A stretch of DNA of 64,000 nucleotides from NCBI RefSeq assembly GCF_009914755.1, contig NC_060945.1. One strand, written 5' to 3'. This document shows positions 14,590 through 29,214 of this stretch, piece after piece. The stretch is from the human T2T-CHM13v2.0 reference genome, Homo sapiens. The stretch's first letter is position 1. Each line of letters starts with the position of its first letter. Both the position numbers and the translations under genes were made by a program. Under the pieces are notes generated by a model. That model searched no databases and was not told the DNA's origin. It was given only the letters and a program-made list of their open reading frames with translations.

Positions 14590-15247
14590 GTAATCTGACA
14601 AAATGCTATACACAGTGCCGTTCAACAATAGTTCAGTAAAATCCTGTTAAACTCCAGTTGATTATATACTTTTGAAGTCATTATATTTTCCTTTGTTTTT
14701 AATGTTTATTTTAATCATTGTCTGTCTTACAAGGCAGGCTTCAATTCTCAACAACTTGGAAGCGTTTATATCACACCCATTCAAGTTCGATTCCATGTAC
14801 AGTAAATTGCATAAGAAAGTTGAACCTTTATAGCAGGGTTTGGACCAGGATCTGAATAGATTCTGTTCAGAAACTTCAGTGCATACTGTAGTGCTTAGTG
14901 TACCTCTTCAACTTCAGTAAGAAAATTAAAGACTACCATTGGATTTATATGTTTTTATTGAGCCTATTTCTCCTGAAAAAATGAGGCTGAATGCAATTGA
15001 CTTTTACTATTAATTGCGACTAGAACTATGGCAGGTTAGATGGTCAGAAGACATTTTACGTGACCTATGCTGGAAACCCAAGTGTTTAGGTTAGTCCTAT
15101 GAGAAACAGTTAGCAGCAAAGTTTACTGGTAAAATGTTAGAATATTATATCTATATCCTTGCCAAGCCCTTAGGTGTATGGCTGCCATATTTGGAGGAGC
15201 TGACTGAAGATATGATAAGGAGTTTGAAGCAACATTGGAAGCTGTGT

Positions 15248-15331
15248 GCATCCGGGTTGAGGTAGTAGGTTGTATGGTTTAGAGTTACACCCTGGGAGTT
15301 AACTGTACAACCTTCTAGCTTTCCTTGGAGC
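15248..15331 (+). ncRNA. MIRLET7C: microRNA precursor let-7c (5p 15258-15279; 3p 15303-15324)
   Basis: TGAGGTAGTAGGTTGTATGGTT = let-7c-5p and CTGTACAACCTTCTAGCTTTCC = 3p. Loop contains GGAG; CNNC (CGTC) at 15342-15345. Confidence 0.99.
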
Positions 15332-15719
15332 ACACTTGAGCCGTCGAGGAATTCTTCATCACTTTAACCTGATTGAGCCAATTTGTGTGCAAGAAGGTAA
15401 TGTGTCATGAGTATCTTGGATCATTGATTTGGGCCTTTATTACATTAAAATGATCATTTCAGCCCTATTAGATTATTCCATTTGTATCTGCTTATGAACA
15501 ATGTCAAAATGGTATTTCTAATGGGTTGTCACTCCATGTTCAAACATTTTAAGAAAATTGTAGGTAGTGACTTAAATTGCATTAATATTAAAGCTTTTTA
15601 TCATCTATAGATTAACAAAATTCAGACCTTAATTTTCAAATGGATCATTGGTCTATTTATATTGGCTGCTTAGACACTATAATAAAAAATGTCTGCTAGA
15701 GTTAATAGCTCCCATAGCA

Positions 15720-15905
15720 CATTATTTGCGTTTTCCTTATGACACATCACTTTCTACCTTATGTTATGGCTATTTATGTGCTTGCTGATTTTTTCCGCAC
15801 TAGACTGTAAGCCCCTTGAGGGCAAAGTCCATGTTTTATTTTTCACTGTATCCCCTCCAATGCCTTACTCATAATGAGCACTAACTATTTATTGGATTAG
15901 TGAAT
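15720..15905 (+). mobile_element. L2 3' relic
   Basis: CTAGACTGTAAGCCCCTTGAGGGCAAAG...TTCACTGTATCCCC typical of L2. Confidence 0.7.
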
Positions 15906-17481
15906 GGAGTGTAAGACCTCACTCTGTGATGAGTTTCTATTGAATATTTGAATGAGTTATGGCAGTGGTCAAACATCTGAGTTTTATTTATTGCTCCTAA
16001 AACTGTTTAAATTTAATTCCTGGACTGCTCCGCATCAGTAATACATGTGTCGATTTTTGACTGTGTTGAATGTGTTCATTCATTCTAAACAGATAAGTTA
16101 AAATTTAGAAGTACTTTTTATCTAGAATAAAAATAATAGAGTAAATTCATTTTTACTAATTAGTTCATGACAGTTTATGATCCTACACTTAGATAATTCA
16201 TATTTCTGTTGAATTTAAATACCTTTCTTTCCAGATGAATCGTTTTTCTTTTAGCATCAATTTCAACTAAATATTCTATTTTAAGTCTCATTTAACAATA
16301 TGATTTTTAAAAATTAGATTTGTGTCTTTTGTGTATTTCCCTCGTCTCCTGCCCTTTATTTTTGTACAGCTATATCTGTTGAATAAACCAGAAGCAACTA
16401 AACCAGAAACATGTCAATAAATTAATAATAAATATGTATATAAAGTATAATTTGAGAATGTGAACACATTTTTGTTTAAAGGAAAGGCACTTTATAATAT
16501 TCTTTGTGTTACAAAGCAAATGGGACTCTTTGGAACCTTAGTTTGCTGTCAACTTTAGCAGCTGTTAGTGGTGTAATTTGTGTAGTGAGGCTATCTTACA
16601 TAGATCATCTTTCAGACACAGGATTAAGTAGTTGTTGATGTTAGAACTTTAATTTAAGACTCCAAATATGAAACATGGAATTCATTAAAGAGACGTTTAG
16701 ATGCAAATATATATTAAGGACCTCAAGATACTGGCTATGTGGTGCTGACCTTTCTAGAATGCTCAGGCATCCAAAATATCTTAATACCTAGAACTTGCTA
16801 ACAATGTAGTGAAGAAGGAATGGCTACCCCCAACACGTAGAACATGTGAGCCTTAGAAAGTGAATACCAGTCACTTCAAGCAAAATAATTTGATTGGTCT
16901 ACAGTAGTAAAGACTCTTTCTCTCTGTGAAAGAAAAATATTTGCAAGGACTAATCAAGAAGCAATGAATAAGAGGCAGTAGACATAGACCTAAAACAAAC
17001 AAACAAAAAGACATGAAGAGATGAAAAGGAAAGTGACTCATAGCAAATAGGAACACCATTGTGTCTAATGATGGCAGTTCAACCCACGGATGAAAGAAAG
17101 GGACAACTAAATGGGTAAACAATTGTATCTTTATAAATAGTTTTTTCCTTGAGAGCCTAGGATCCCTTTCCTATGTGTTTCTATGTATGTATCTCCCAAT
17201 ACTAGGTGTATTTATTTAGAAGCCAAATCTATTGATGGGCCAAATAGAATATGATTGCCAATAAATGTCTATTTCCTTACAGTGTAATGGAGTTAAGTGC
17301 CTCACAGAGGTCAAGTAAGATGTGCAGTTTAAGGATAATCTTACAAAAGTACTATAATGAATTGTTAGAATTACAGCCTCTTTTATATACTATCACCTAA
17401 AGTGAATGAGTATAATAGAAGAATAATTGAAGAATGGTGAAGATGTCTCTATGATTCATTATGTTAGTTATGTAGAAATCA

Positions 17482-17970
<489 letters not shown>

Positions 17971-19637
17971 TTATAAATAAATGGCAAATGTCAGATATAG
18001 AAATTGATAGGATTTTTTGAGAAACCAAGATATAGGACCACTGCTGATGTCAGTAATTAAAAATAGTTAAATTATGTCTAAGAAATCAAAGCGAAAGATT
18101 GTTCATATAGAGGGCTTATGTTCAGCTATGGGGAAACAACTAACCAGACTGAATAATTTCCTTAAGAATTTTAAGTGGTCAAGTTTAACTGTAGACTGGG
18201 GTTTTCACATCTGGTAACAGAGTATGACAATTCAGGAAATTATTAAATATCAGTGAATCATACTTCGTTTAACCAATATTTCTTTTGATATTTTGGGGCA
18301 CAAAGTTGGATATGTCTTTATGTTCATACTGGTTGATTTACCTCAAATGCTTTGTGGGATGAGGCAGGAAGGAGTTTTAGAGTGGGAAGGGAGGGAGGGA
18401 GAGAAGAAGGGAAGGAGGGAAGAAAAGTAAAATCAAGTGCAAAGCAATCGATTGAGCCTCACCAGAAAAGTCCATTATTAGATTATAAGAACTAATGAGA
18501 GAAAGTAACTATGAGAGAATCAGATAAATTACTTGGCAATTGGACTGGGTCTTTTTGAAAAACATCCAATAGTCCATGAACTATGTTATTAGAATAAATG
18601 AATGATTTCTGTAAATAATAATTTAGATTCTCTTATTCCCTATTATCAAATGCTGACTAATGAGCACAGGTGATTCCTCAAGATTACCCAAATGATCTGA
18701 TACAGGATTCCGTCTTCCTGAGCATTATTTCACACCCATGGCTAGTTTCTCTGCTACAGGATAGAGGAATAACTCCTGAGGTAACTTATCTTAACTCTAC
18801 CTATACTTGACCTCTAAAACCCTTTGGGAATGCTTGTGAAAGATATACCAGAAGAATACTTTATTCTTACTTTAATGCCTACTGCCCAAGCAAAACTAAT
18901 ACCTGTTATTATTATGTCATTTAACATGATAATATCATGTTCACCTACAAATCCTTTACTGATTCTCTAAGATAGAATTTCTCAGTTTTGAATCCTCAAG
19001 GCCCTTGCCACTTTCATTCCCACAGGGATTTCTCTGACTTCTATTAGTAGTATTTACAAGTGTCCAAAGGGACTGTGACTTGCCTTTGTACCTCTTGTAA
19101 TGTACATGCTTTACTTTTTTAACTATGGATATATTGAATCAATGCCTGTCGTCTTGAGTTGAACTTTAGATCATTTATGGGCAATGATGAGAACTGCTAC
19201 ACACCTTACGATAAACTTGGTTTCAGCAGTAAAGTCATGGGTTACCCAAGACATCTCTAGACTCTCCAGAATGTATTGTCATGGTATTAGGAGTATTCTA
19301 ACGGTGCCTAGGTCTGCAGCCCACTCTTGATTAAGCATGTGATATACCAGTGGAAATGATTTAGGCAACCAGCCAATCACTATAATTTGTAGTAAATCTA
19401 AGCCCCTTTATGTAAGAAATCCATGTCTGTTTCAAACTGACAGCTCCTACCATAATGTTTAGCTTATAGGATCCATTCACCACTCCATTTTGGTGAATGA
19501 GCAAAAATTTTTTAAACAAAATAAAAAAGTGTTATATATTGGAGCAATTCTATATTTAAGTAGACTTCTTCAAACTTTTAAAGTTTAGAATTTAAAATAA
19601 ATTAGAAATATCACTTTTGGGGGGAATTCTGTTTGAT

Positions 19638-20348
19638 GATAATTCTTTTTTTTTTTTTTTATAAGCCATAATTAATATAGATTTAATGCATTTTTCCATG
19701 TATTACATGATTTAAGTACAGTCTTCAAAAGTGAAGGAGTCTTTACTTGAAAGATGTTAAAGTGTATATGTTTGTGACTCTAGAATTTTCTTTTTTTGTT
19801 GTTTTTTTTTTTTTTTTTATTATACTCTAAGTTTTAGGGTACATGTGCACATTGTGCAGGTTAGTTACATATGTATACATGTGCCATGCTGGTGCGCTGC
19901 ACCCACTAATGTGTCATCTAGCATTAGGTATATCTCCCAATGCTATCCCTCCCCCCTCCCCCGACCCCACCACAGTCCCCAGAGTGTGATATTCCCCTTC
20001 CTGTGTCCATGTGATCTCATTGTTCAATTCCCACCTATGAGTGAGAATATGCGGTGTTTGGTTTTTTGTTCTTGCGATAGTTTACTGAGAATGATGGTTT
20101 CCAATTTCATCCATGTCCCTACAAAGGATATGAACTCATCATTTTTTATGGCTGCATAGTATTCCATGGTGTATATGTGCCACATTTTCTTAATCCAGTC
20201 TATCATTGTTGGACATTTGGGTTGGTTCCAAGTCTTTGCTATTGTGAATAGTGCCTCAATAAACATACGTGTGCATGTGTCTTTATAGCAGCATGATTTA
20301 TAGTCCTTTGGGTATATACCCAGTAATGGGATGGCTGGGATAATTCTT
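19638..20348 (-). mobile_element. 5'-truncated L1HS-Ta (body 19819-20339) with 3' transduction (19661-19790) and TSD
   Basis: Near-consensus L1 3' end with the ORF2 C-terminus intact (ORF 20024..20266 ...KHRIFSLIGGN). Ta diagnostics ACA (19910-19912) and G (19827). TSD GATAATTCTT at 19638-19647 and 20339-20348. Confidence 0.95.
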
Positions 20349-20674
20349 GATCTCTTAAAATTGGCATTGTCTTGTGTGTCCCTTAATTTTTAACCTTATT
20401 CTATGCTATGTGAAGGCGTGAATTAAATCATATTTCTCTCCTACATCCAATATCTCTTAAATCCCAATTTTGTTTCTCTTCATCTGAACTCTTAGAGTAC
20501 TTATTTGACAACAATCATAGTCAGTCTGTGTTTCTAATTACTTTTTATATGTTTATATAGTATATAAGAAGATTAGATCATATGCTGTATAATTTGTGTA
20601 AATTTGTACACAATAGGCACTTAATAAATTGTGCTTTATTGAAATTAAAAATAAAATTGACACTTATTAATGAT

Positions 20675-20800
20675 AAGAACCTTAGAGATCAAATGGCCCA
20701 TTTTCCAGATGACCAAACTGAGGCCCAGTTTCTTTAATGATTCTGCCAAGGTCAATCTACTAGTTACGGACATAACTCAGATTTCAAACCATTTCAGTGA
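20675..20800 (-). mobile_element. MIR relic
   Basis: CCCATTTTCCAGATGACCAAACTGAGGCCCAG...GCCAAGGTCA core. Confidence 0.65.
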
Positions 20801-21456
20801 CCTATCCAAGAAGAAATATTTTAGAATTGCTGTCATTAGATTTTTAGTTAGTACTCCATTTTAATGTGTCATTAAACAAATTTTAATAAAGTTGATTGAA
20901 ATTAGAGAATAGACTTTTGTTTCCGAAAGGCTATAAATCACATAGTAATTTAGCTTCAAGCTCAAATATGATAGACATATAATTAAAATGATTTAAAATA
21001 AACTCATCCCTTCAATTATTTCTTTCCAAGTACCATTGCACCCTCATTCTTCTAGGCAAAGAGAGGAAGTTATCTACCTCAGTTACATTCTGATATTTCT
21101 CCTCCTTCTAGAACACTTCTCCAAGAGAGGAGAGTATGGCCTAGCAGTTGGTGGTGTATCTTAAGCAAAAAGGAAAAAAACAAACTATATATTGTTCAAT
21201 CTGTTAGCACTGTGTTGCTCAGAAAAATGAAAGTTAATATTAAATGGTAACCGTAACTAAATCCAACTTCAAGTTTCAATTGTTCATGCCCTCCATGAGA
21301 TAGGCAAGATATTATGTAAGGTGCTTTCACAGGGATCATAAACTTAAGTAACTTCTGGGTCCAGGTAGTATAAGCCAGACTTTTAAGACAAGGGGAAGTA
21401 ATGGGGACTGTGGTAGACCAAAGAAGGCATATTTACCTTTAAGATATTTCAAAATA

Positions 21457-21758
21457 GGCCAACGCCGTGGCTCACGCCTGTAATTCCAGCATTTTGGGGG
21501 GCCGAGGTGGGCGGATCACCTGAGGTGAAGAGTTCAAGATCAGCCTGGCCAACATGGTAAAACCCCCTCGCTACTGAAAACACAAAAATTAACTGGGCGC
21601 GATGGTGGGCACTCGTAATCCCAACTACTCAGGAGGCTGAGGCAGGAGAGTCGCTTGAACTGGGAGGCAGAGGTTGCAGTGAGTTGAGATCACGCCACTG
21701 CACTCCAGGCTGGGCCACAGAGCGAGACTGTCTCAAAAAAAAAAAAAAAAAAAAAAAA
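21457..21758 (+). mobile_element. AluSx-like element
   Basis: Full dimer; TSD AAGATATTT(C/T)AAAATA. Confidence 0.95.
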
Positions 21759-23214
21759 GATATTTTAAAATAACTCTTGTTAGTATGAATTTGGATCCCA
21801 AGGGCAGCCAGTTTTCCATTTCTGATATGAAGGTATCAGATAGTAAAGCAAAATTTCAAAAAACTTATTATTTTGATGAAGCTAACAGCATCTTTTCATA
21901 AAGTTAAACTAGATAATTTGGGATCGTTTTACTACTCTCAAGTCATTATAAAGTTCATATAAAAGACAACTTCTATGCTGACATTGTTATTTCAAATAGA
22001 TATGTATGTTGCATGACAGTCGACATGGTTTCTTGAATTTAACTGACTAATGAAAAATATTCATTCATCAAGCAATAATTAGCAACCACAATATTATTTT
22101 GATGTCATTTTAATAAAAGAAGTGTAGTAGTAGTAGTAATTGTAATATTCTTGGTAGGAATATATAATTTTCAGTTTGTATTTGCATATAAACCGCAATG
22201 TACAAAAAATGAAATTCTTATAATTCTTATGCTCAGGTAATTGATGCTATAGATGGATAAATATATAGCATTTTCAAGTTAGAAAAAACAAAATGTTAAA
22301 TAGAATGAAGACTAAGTTCAAGTATTCTCATCTCCATATAAAGTCGGGCAACTGAGTAGAGTTCAAAAGTAAAGAAACATTGGTATTGTTAATTATATTT
22401 TATTGTGTTATAATTAAAAGACCAATTATACATAAATCTGGAATTAGATCAGGTTCCTGTCCATAAATTTTCGATATAATTTAATCCAGTGAATCTAAAT
22501 GTGTAAAAGAGAAATGACAAAACCACTTATGAAAACACAGAGTTTCTAGTAGTAAAAAAACATGTATTGTCAATTTTGTTGTCTGTTGTAGAAGCCCTCT
22601 TATTTAATATAATTGGGATCAATAGTCAATGAGTTAATGCACTCAGATATTAAAATAAATTGATCTTAAAAACAAATACATACACACAACCTACATTTTA
22701 TTTAAATTTTAAACACTTGATTATATATTTATTTGCCAATAATTTTATGTAAACCAAGAACTTTTTTTTTTGGTTTACGTTGTTGGTTACAGATTATAGT
22801 CATCCTTCCTTTCAATAAATCCTATAATGCATCATATATGATTTCTAATTTTTCATCGCGTCATGAATGTCTTTAAGTAAGTTCAAATCCAATGCAAAGA
22901 AATCTAAGAGCAGAATTCTACTTTCTCCAATTTTTTTCTAAGCTTCTGAAATTGTCTTTCCCACATGTTATTCTATAGCATTGTGGGTTTTTTTAAGTGA
23001 CTGAATTTTATTAAATCTTCCCTAAATATTCAACTTAGAGGTATAGAACAACAATTCTCATTTTCTTTACAATTATATTTCAATTTGTTTATGTGATATT
23101 TAATTAAATTGTGCAATTCGGTATATGCAAAACTGGCATAAACTGGTTTGGGAGCAAACGTAATGGACTCCAGGGAGGCATGTAAACCACTTGGTGGGAG
23201 CAGACATGTTCAAC

Positions 23215-23416
23215 TGGGTGTTCCAGAAATCTTGATGGCGACGGAACTGTTCTCTCTGCACTGTCCAAAACAATAGCCACTGGCCACATGAAGCTATTGA
23301 GCACTTGAAGTACGTCTAGTGTGACTGAAAAATGAATTTTAAATTTTAGTTAATTTTAGTTGACTCAAATTTAAATAGCTACATGTGGTTTGCAGTTAAG
23401 GCAGTAGGCTGTGCAG
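23215..23416. mobile_element. MER3 (hAT-Charlie MITE)
   Basis: CTGTCCAAAACAATAGCCACTGGCCACATG...ATTGAGCACTTGAA...AAATTTAAATAGCTACATGTGG matches remembered MER3. Confidence 0.75.
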
Positions 23417-23883
23417 TTCTAGAGAGTAGCTCACTTGCATTTAGCATTTAGCAGCCAGGATATCTGTTAAGAATATCAGATAATCTGCAAAGTGGCTAAT
23501 GGTTAAGAATACTACTGTAGTTGAATTAAGATACACTTAGGAAATGCAGATTGATTTGGAATGTGTTTGTTTTGCTTTTTTTGTTTCATTTTATCATCTT
23601 TTACATTTGTCTTTTTTTATATTTGAGTCTAAATTTAGTTTTGAGGAATTTTTTAAACTTTATTCGAAATAAGGAAGCCAATGAGTAAAACGTTAAACAC
23701 TACAGAGATTTACAGCTCTTTATGTAGCATTCAATTCAACCGAAAACTAATCAGAAAGTAATGACATTCCTTCTCATATTGGCAAAAAAAAAGTTCTTAA
23801 TTCAGCATAATAGATCCATAGGAACCATAGGATGAATTTGTTGAGTCTTTAGAACCTTTGAAATATTTATATTAATAGTTTAA

Positions 23884-24285
<402 letters not shown>

Positions 24286-24668
24286 TAATAATAACTCCAT
24301 GAGGTTACTGTTTAATACTTTTTGAGGTGCCTGAATTTAATTCAGTGTAAACTGTGATAGAATCGAAAGCCTTCATTTACAAATATTGTAAATCTATCAA
24401 TCCACATATATGTTAAATTATAAAATGTATACATGTTATTAAATATGTAAAAATTTTATGTATTGCACAATATATAATTTATATGTAATTAATAATACAT
24501 TTATAATTTAATTACTTAGATAAACCTGTGGAACAAAGTTGACATAAGAAAAAAGGTAGCTTAATTCTTTGGAAGGACTAAATTAAATTGGATAGGTAAA
24601 ATTGGTATTATATTAAGTTTGAACATTTAACTCTAAATTACTGGACATATCATAAAAATGTAGACTGA

Positions 24669-24823
24669 AGCCACACATGGTGGCATGCGCCTGTAGTCTC
24701 AGCTATTCAGGAGACAGAGGTAACAGGATTGTTTGCGTCCAGGAGTTTGAGGGTGTTGTGAGCTGTCATCTCCAACCTGGGTGATGGAGGGAGATCCCAT
24801 CTCTAAAAAAAATAAAATAAAAT
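24669..24823 (+). mobile_element. Alu monomer (FLAM/FRAM-like)
   Basis: Single diverged arm plus A-rich tail. Confidence 0.8.
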
Positions 24824-25070
24824 AGATTGAGCCATCTCTCAGTTTTACAATATAAGTACATTTACTTTTTATTAATGAATAACTGGGCTTATTAAAGTGG
24901 TGCTTTACGAGTGAGGTTTATGAAACATAAAAAGATAGTCATCAGTTTCATGCTAAATGAGAGAACTTGCCTCATGTGAAAACATCGGGAAAATTAGAAA
25001 ACTGTACTTTTATATGTTTTTAAAATAAAATATTTGTTTTAATGTATTTGTATGTTTCCCTTTTTAATCA

Positions 25071-25874
<804 letters not shown>

Positions 25875-26944
25875 TGACATTTTTAATCTATCAACTACCA
25901 ATTCCAAAGACATCAAGTAGGATGGCTTCCACTGCAATAGTATTAGTCTTCTTATAAAAGTGAGAAAACCAGGGTCAGGGAGTTACACATATAAATTCCT
26001 TACAGCCACATAAAAGGTAAATCCCAGACTGAAGCAGATATATCTTACTCCAAAGGATTTGATTTTAATCATCTTGTTATAATGTCTCCTGTGACAGAGA
26101 ATTAGAAACTTGAAAGCATTAGGTATCCACAGTAAAAATTTGCAAGTAAGGTTTTTCTCTGTTTTATTTAGAATGAATGTGCAGCCTCCCCAGTCCAACT
26201 GACCAGCTTCCTGTGCTTTCAGAGACCTTTTCTAGACCAGTATTACAATTTGGAGATCCACACAATAAAAGTTCAAGGAGCTGTCTTCTCTTTCTGAGTT
26301 TTTAAAATATAGACTAGCATATGGTTACTAAACCTAACCTATCTAAAAACAGCAAATATATTTGCTTCTAACTGGGGATTTATCAGGTTAATGTGGTAAT
26401 ATGTTTATTTGAGGATTAAAAAAAAATTGTGCATTATCACTCAGTCTTTTAACTTCAGATTATTTCCATTTAAAAATTCTAAGTATTTCAAAACATGGGA
26501 GAACAATAAACTTTACGTCACAGACTACTTGAGATTAACTGACTAATATTTGGGAAGCATCTAGATAACACAGTTTCTTACATAATATAGGGGCCCAGAG
26601 AAGACTCCGTTTTTCCTTCCCCCGCTTAAGAATTAAGAATCTTAAGAATTAAGAATGATTAAGAATCACTTGACCCTCACTTACTGTTTTCCTTCCTGCT
26701 CTGGGTTTTAAGACCTTTTAGAACAATGACCCTCAGCTGGGCATGAATGGGAGGGGAATGTGAGGCGGGAGGTGGGTGTGGTTGGAAAAGTCTTCAATAC
26801 TATTCAGATTTTACCTCTGCATGGGCACCCATTTCGGTAAGAATCCATTCTGTGATATTATTTCAGAGGCGAAGGAAAGGCTACCCCTCCTTCAAAATAG
26901 CTTGGTCTTACATTGCACATTTAACTTAGAGCACAATGACTATC

Positions 26945-27200
26945 CCTTGTTCTCCAGTAATATAGTGGTTGAACTCCACCCTGGAGTCAGGATCCCTGAG
27001 TTTATAGTGAGTGTGAGTCAACACCAACTATAAAAGCTGACCTTTTCATCAGTGCTTTGTGGTCTTTATCTGTAATGTGAAAATTATAACACCAATGTTG
27101 CAAGATTTTCGAGAGAATTAAAAGATTATATGCACATGACCTTTAGCAACCATGATGCCTAGTAGGTAATAGGAGTTGAATAAAAGGTAATTACTATCAT
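26945..27200 (+). mobile_element. MIR relic
   Basis: ATAGTGGTT...CTGGAGTCAG...TTTATCTGTAA...GAGAATTAAA layout of MIR. Confidence 0.55.
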
Positions 27201-28620
27201 TAGGCATATTAACTGAGGCAGTGTATTGTTTGCTTATAAAGGTTCCGCATGCTCAGTGCTGCAGAATTTATATAGGCAGAGCCGTCGCAAGAAATGTTGG
27301 GAGGTGGTTTTTTTTGTTTTTGTTTTTGTTTTTTCTGACGGTCCTCTTATCTTCAAAACATCATGGCACTGCTGCCTGGATTTGCTGGTTTGAATAGGCC
27401 ACATTTCAGCTATTCTTCTCATTGTCAGGTCATGGCAAATAATAAGTCTCACCTTTTCTTTCTGAAATTGCATTCCCGCTTCATTCATCTGAAGTTAATT
27501 CTTTTCTTTTTTGTATCATGCTTATTTTGCAAACATGAACAATCTTGTCACTACCGTGTATATGCAAATAAAGTGAAATGATAAATTGCTTAAGTGTCTC
27601 CGTTTTTCTATCTGTAGAATAGGGGTCATAATCCCTTCCTGTTGCACTTTTCCAGACAGTTGAGAAAATAAAAACACGTAATGTAGAGAAAAGAGCATCA
27701 GTATTCTCATAAATAGAAAATTAAGCCATTTAGACTATGTACAGGAAGTTTGATAAGTAGACTTCCAGAAAAGAAGTGGCAAAGTATTCTTTAATTGTTC
27801 ATTCCCTAAGAAAAAGCTGTCTCTCTCAATCTTTTGATACCTCTGTCTTTCTTTCCCTCTCTGTCTACCCGCCTCTGTTCTGTGTGCCTAGATCCTGTTA
27901 ATATTTTCTCTCCTCTACTATTTTCATGTCTGCATGTAATTTTTTTTCATATCTAGCCAAGTGCCAAAATAACATTATGTTTGATATATCAATTAATTTT
28001 TTAATTAAATCAATTAATGAGAACAGCTAGAGAAATGTAGATTTTAGTTCACATGAAACTGGAGGGTACTGGCTACGTTGTAATTAATATATTAATAGTT
28101 TGTCAGTCTTGGTCATTGTCTTGGTCAGAGGATGCCATAGGAAGCTAGATCAGTCCTGTAATTTCTTCCTATTTTTTTTTTTTAAATAAAGCCAATTATT
28201 TCCATATAAGCTAGGTATGCACTCCATACCTGTTTGATAAGATTGATTACATTAAACATTTCTCACAGGAAAATGAGTCTATATTTTATGTTTAATTTTA
28301 ATTTTCACTTTGTAGAAACTAAGTTCAGTGTGCCGTGCTGATCCAGTGAAAGCATGTGCAGTAATTTCATTGTAACCAGTTTTCACTTTAGATAGTGGCC
28401 AGGAGATGTTTGAACCGGGTTATGAGTTTGTGAGGTTTTGAGCATGGTTCTTCCTTCTTTCCCTAGGCTGGATAGAGTACTATAGCAGGGTATTGGATGG
28501 TTTCCCAAAGCAGGATAACTTCCAGGGAGGAAGCATCACAGATGTCTGAAGTTCAGTGGTATAATGCACTTTTATTACTCCTCTGTTCCTGGCCTACAAA
28601 TCTGCAGAAAAGACATATGA

Positions 28621-28994
<374 letters not shown>

Positions 28995-29214
28995 TAAGCT
29001 TAACATCTATTCTGTTTATGGTGTTGTCAGAGATTTGGGGAACTGGGATAATGAGTTTGTCCATTTCAACTGTTGATTATTTTACTAATGGCTATGAAAG
29101 TGCTATGATGTTCAGAGCAGGTCTTTTCACATTTGATGGATAATTTTGGGAGCAGGGAAGATAGACCTTATTTCCTTGCTTAGAGTTTCATTTCAAAACA
29201 TGGATTTTAGATAT

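Noticed and set aside
26626-26667. Short (TTAAGAA)n repeat
   Set aside because: Ordinary slippage-derived micro-repeat with no further structure.
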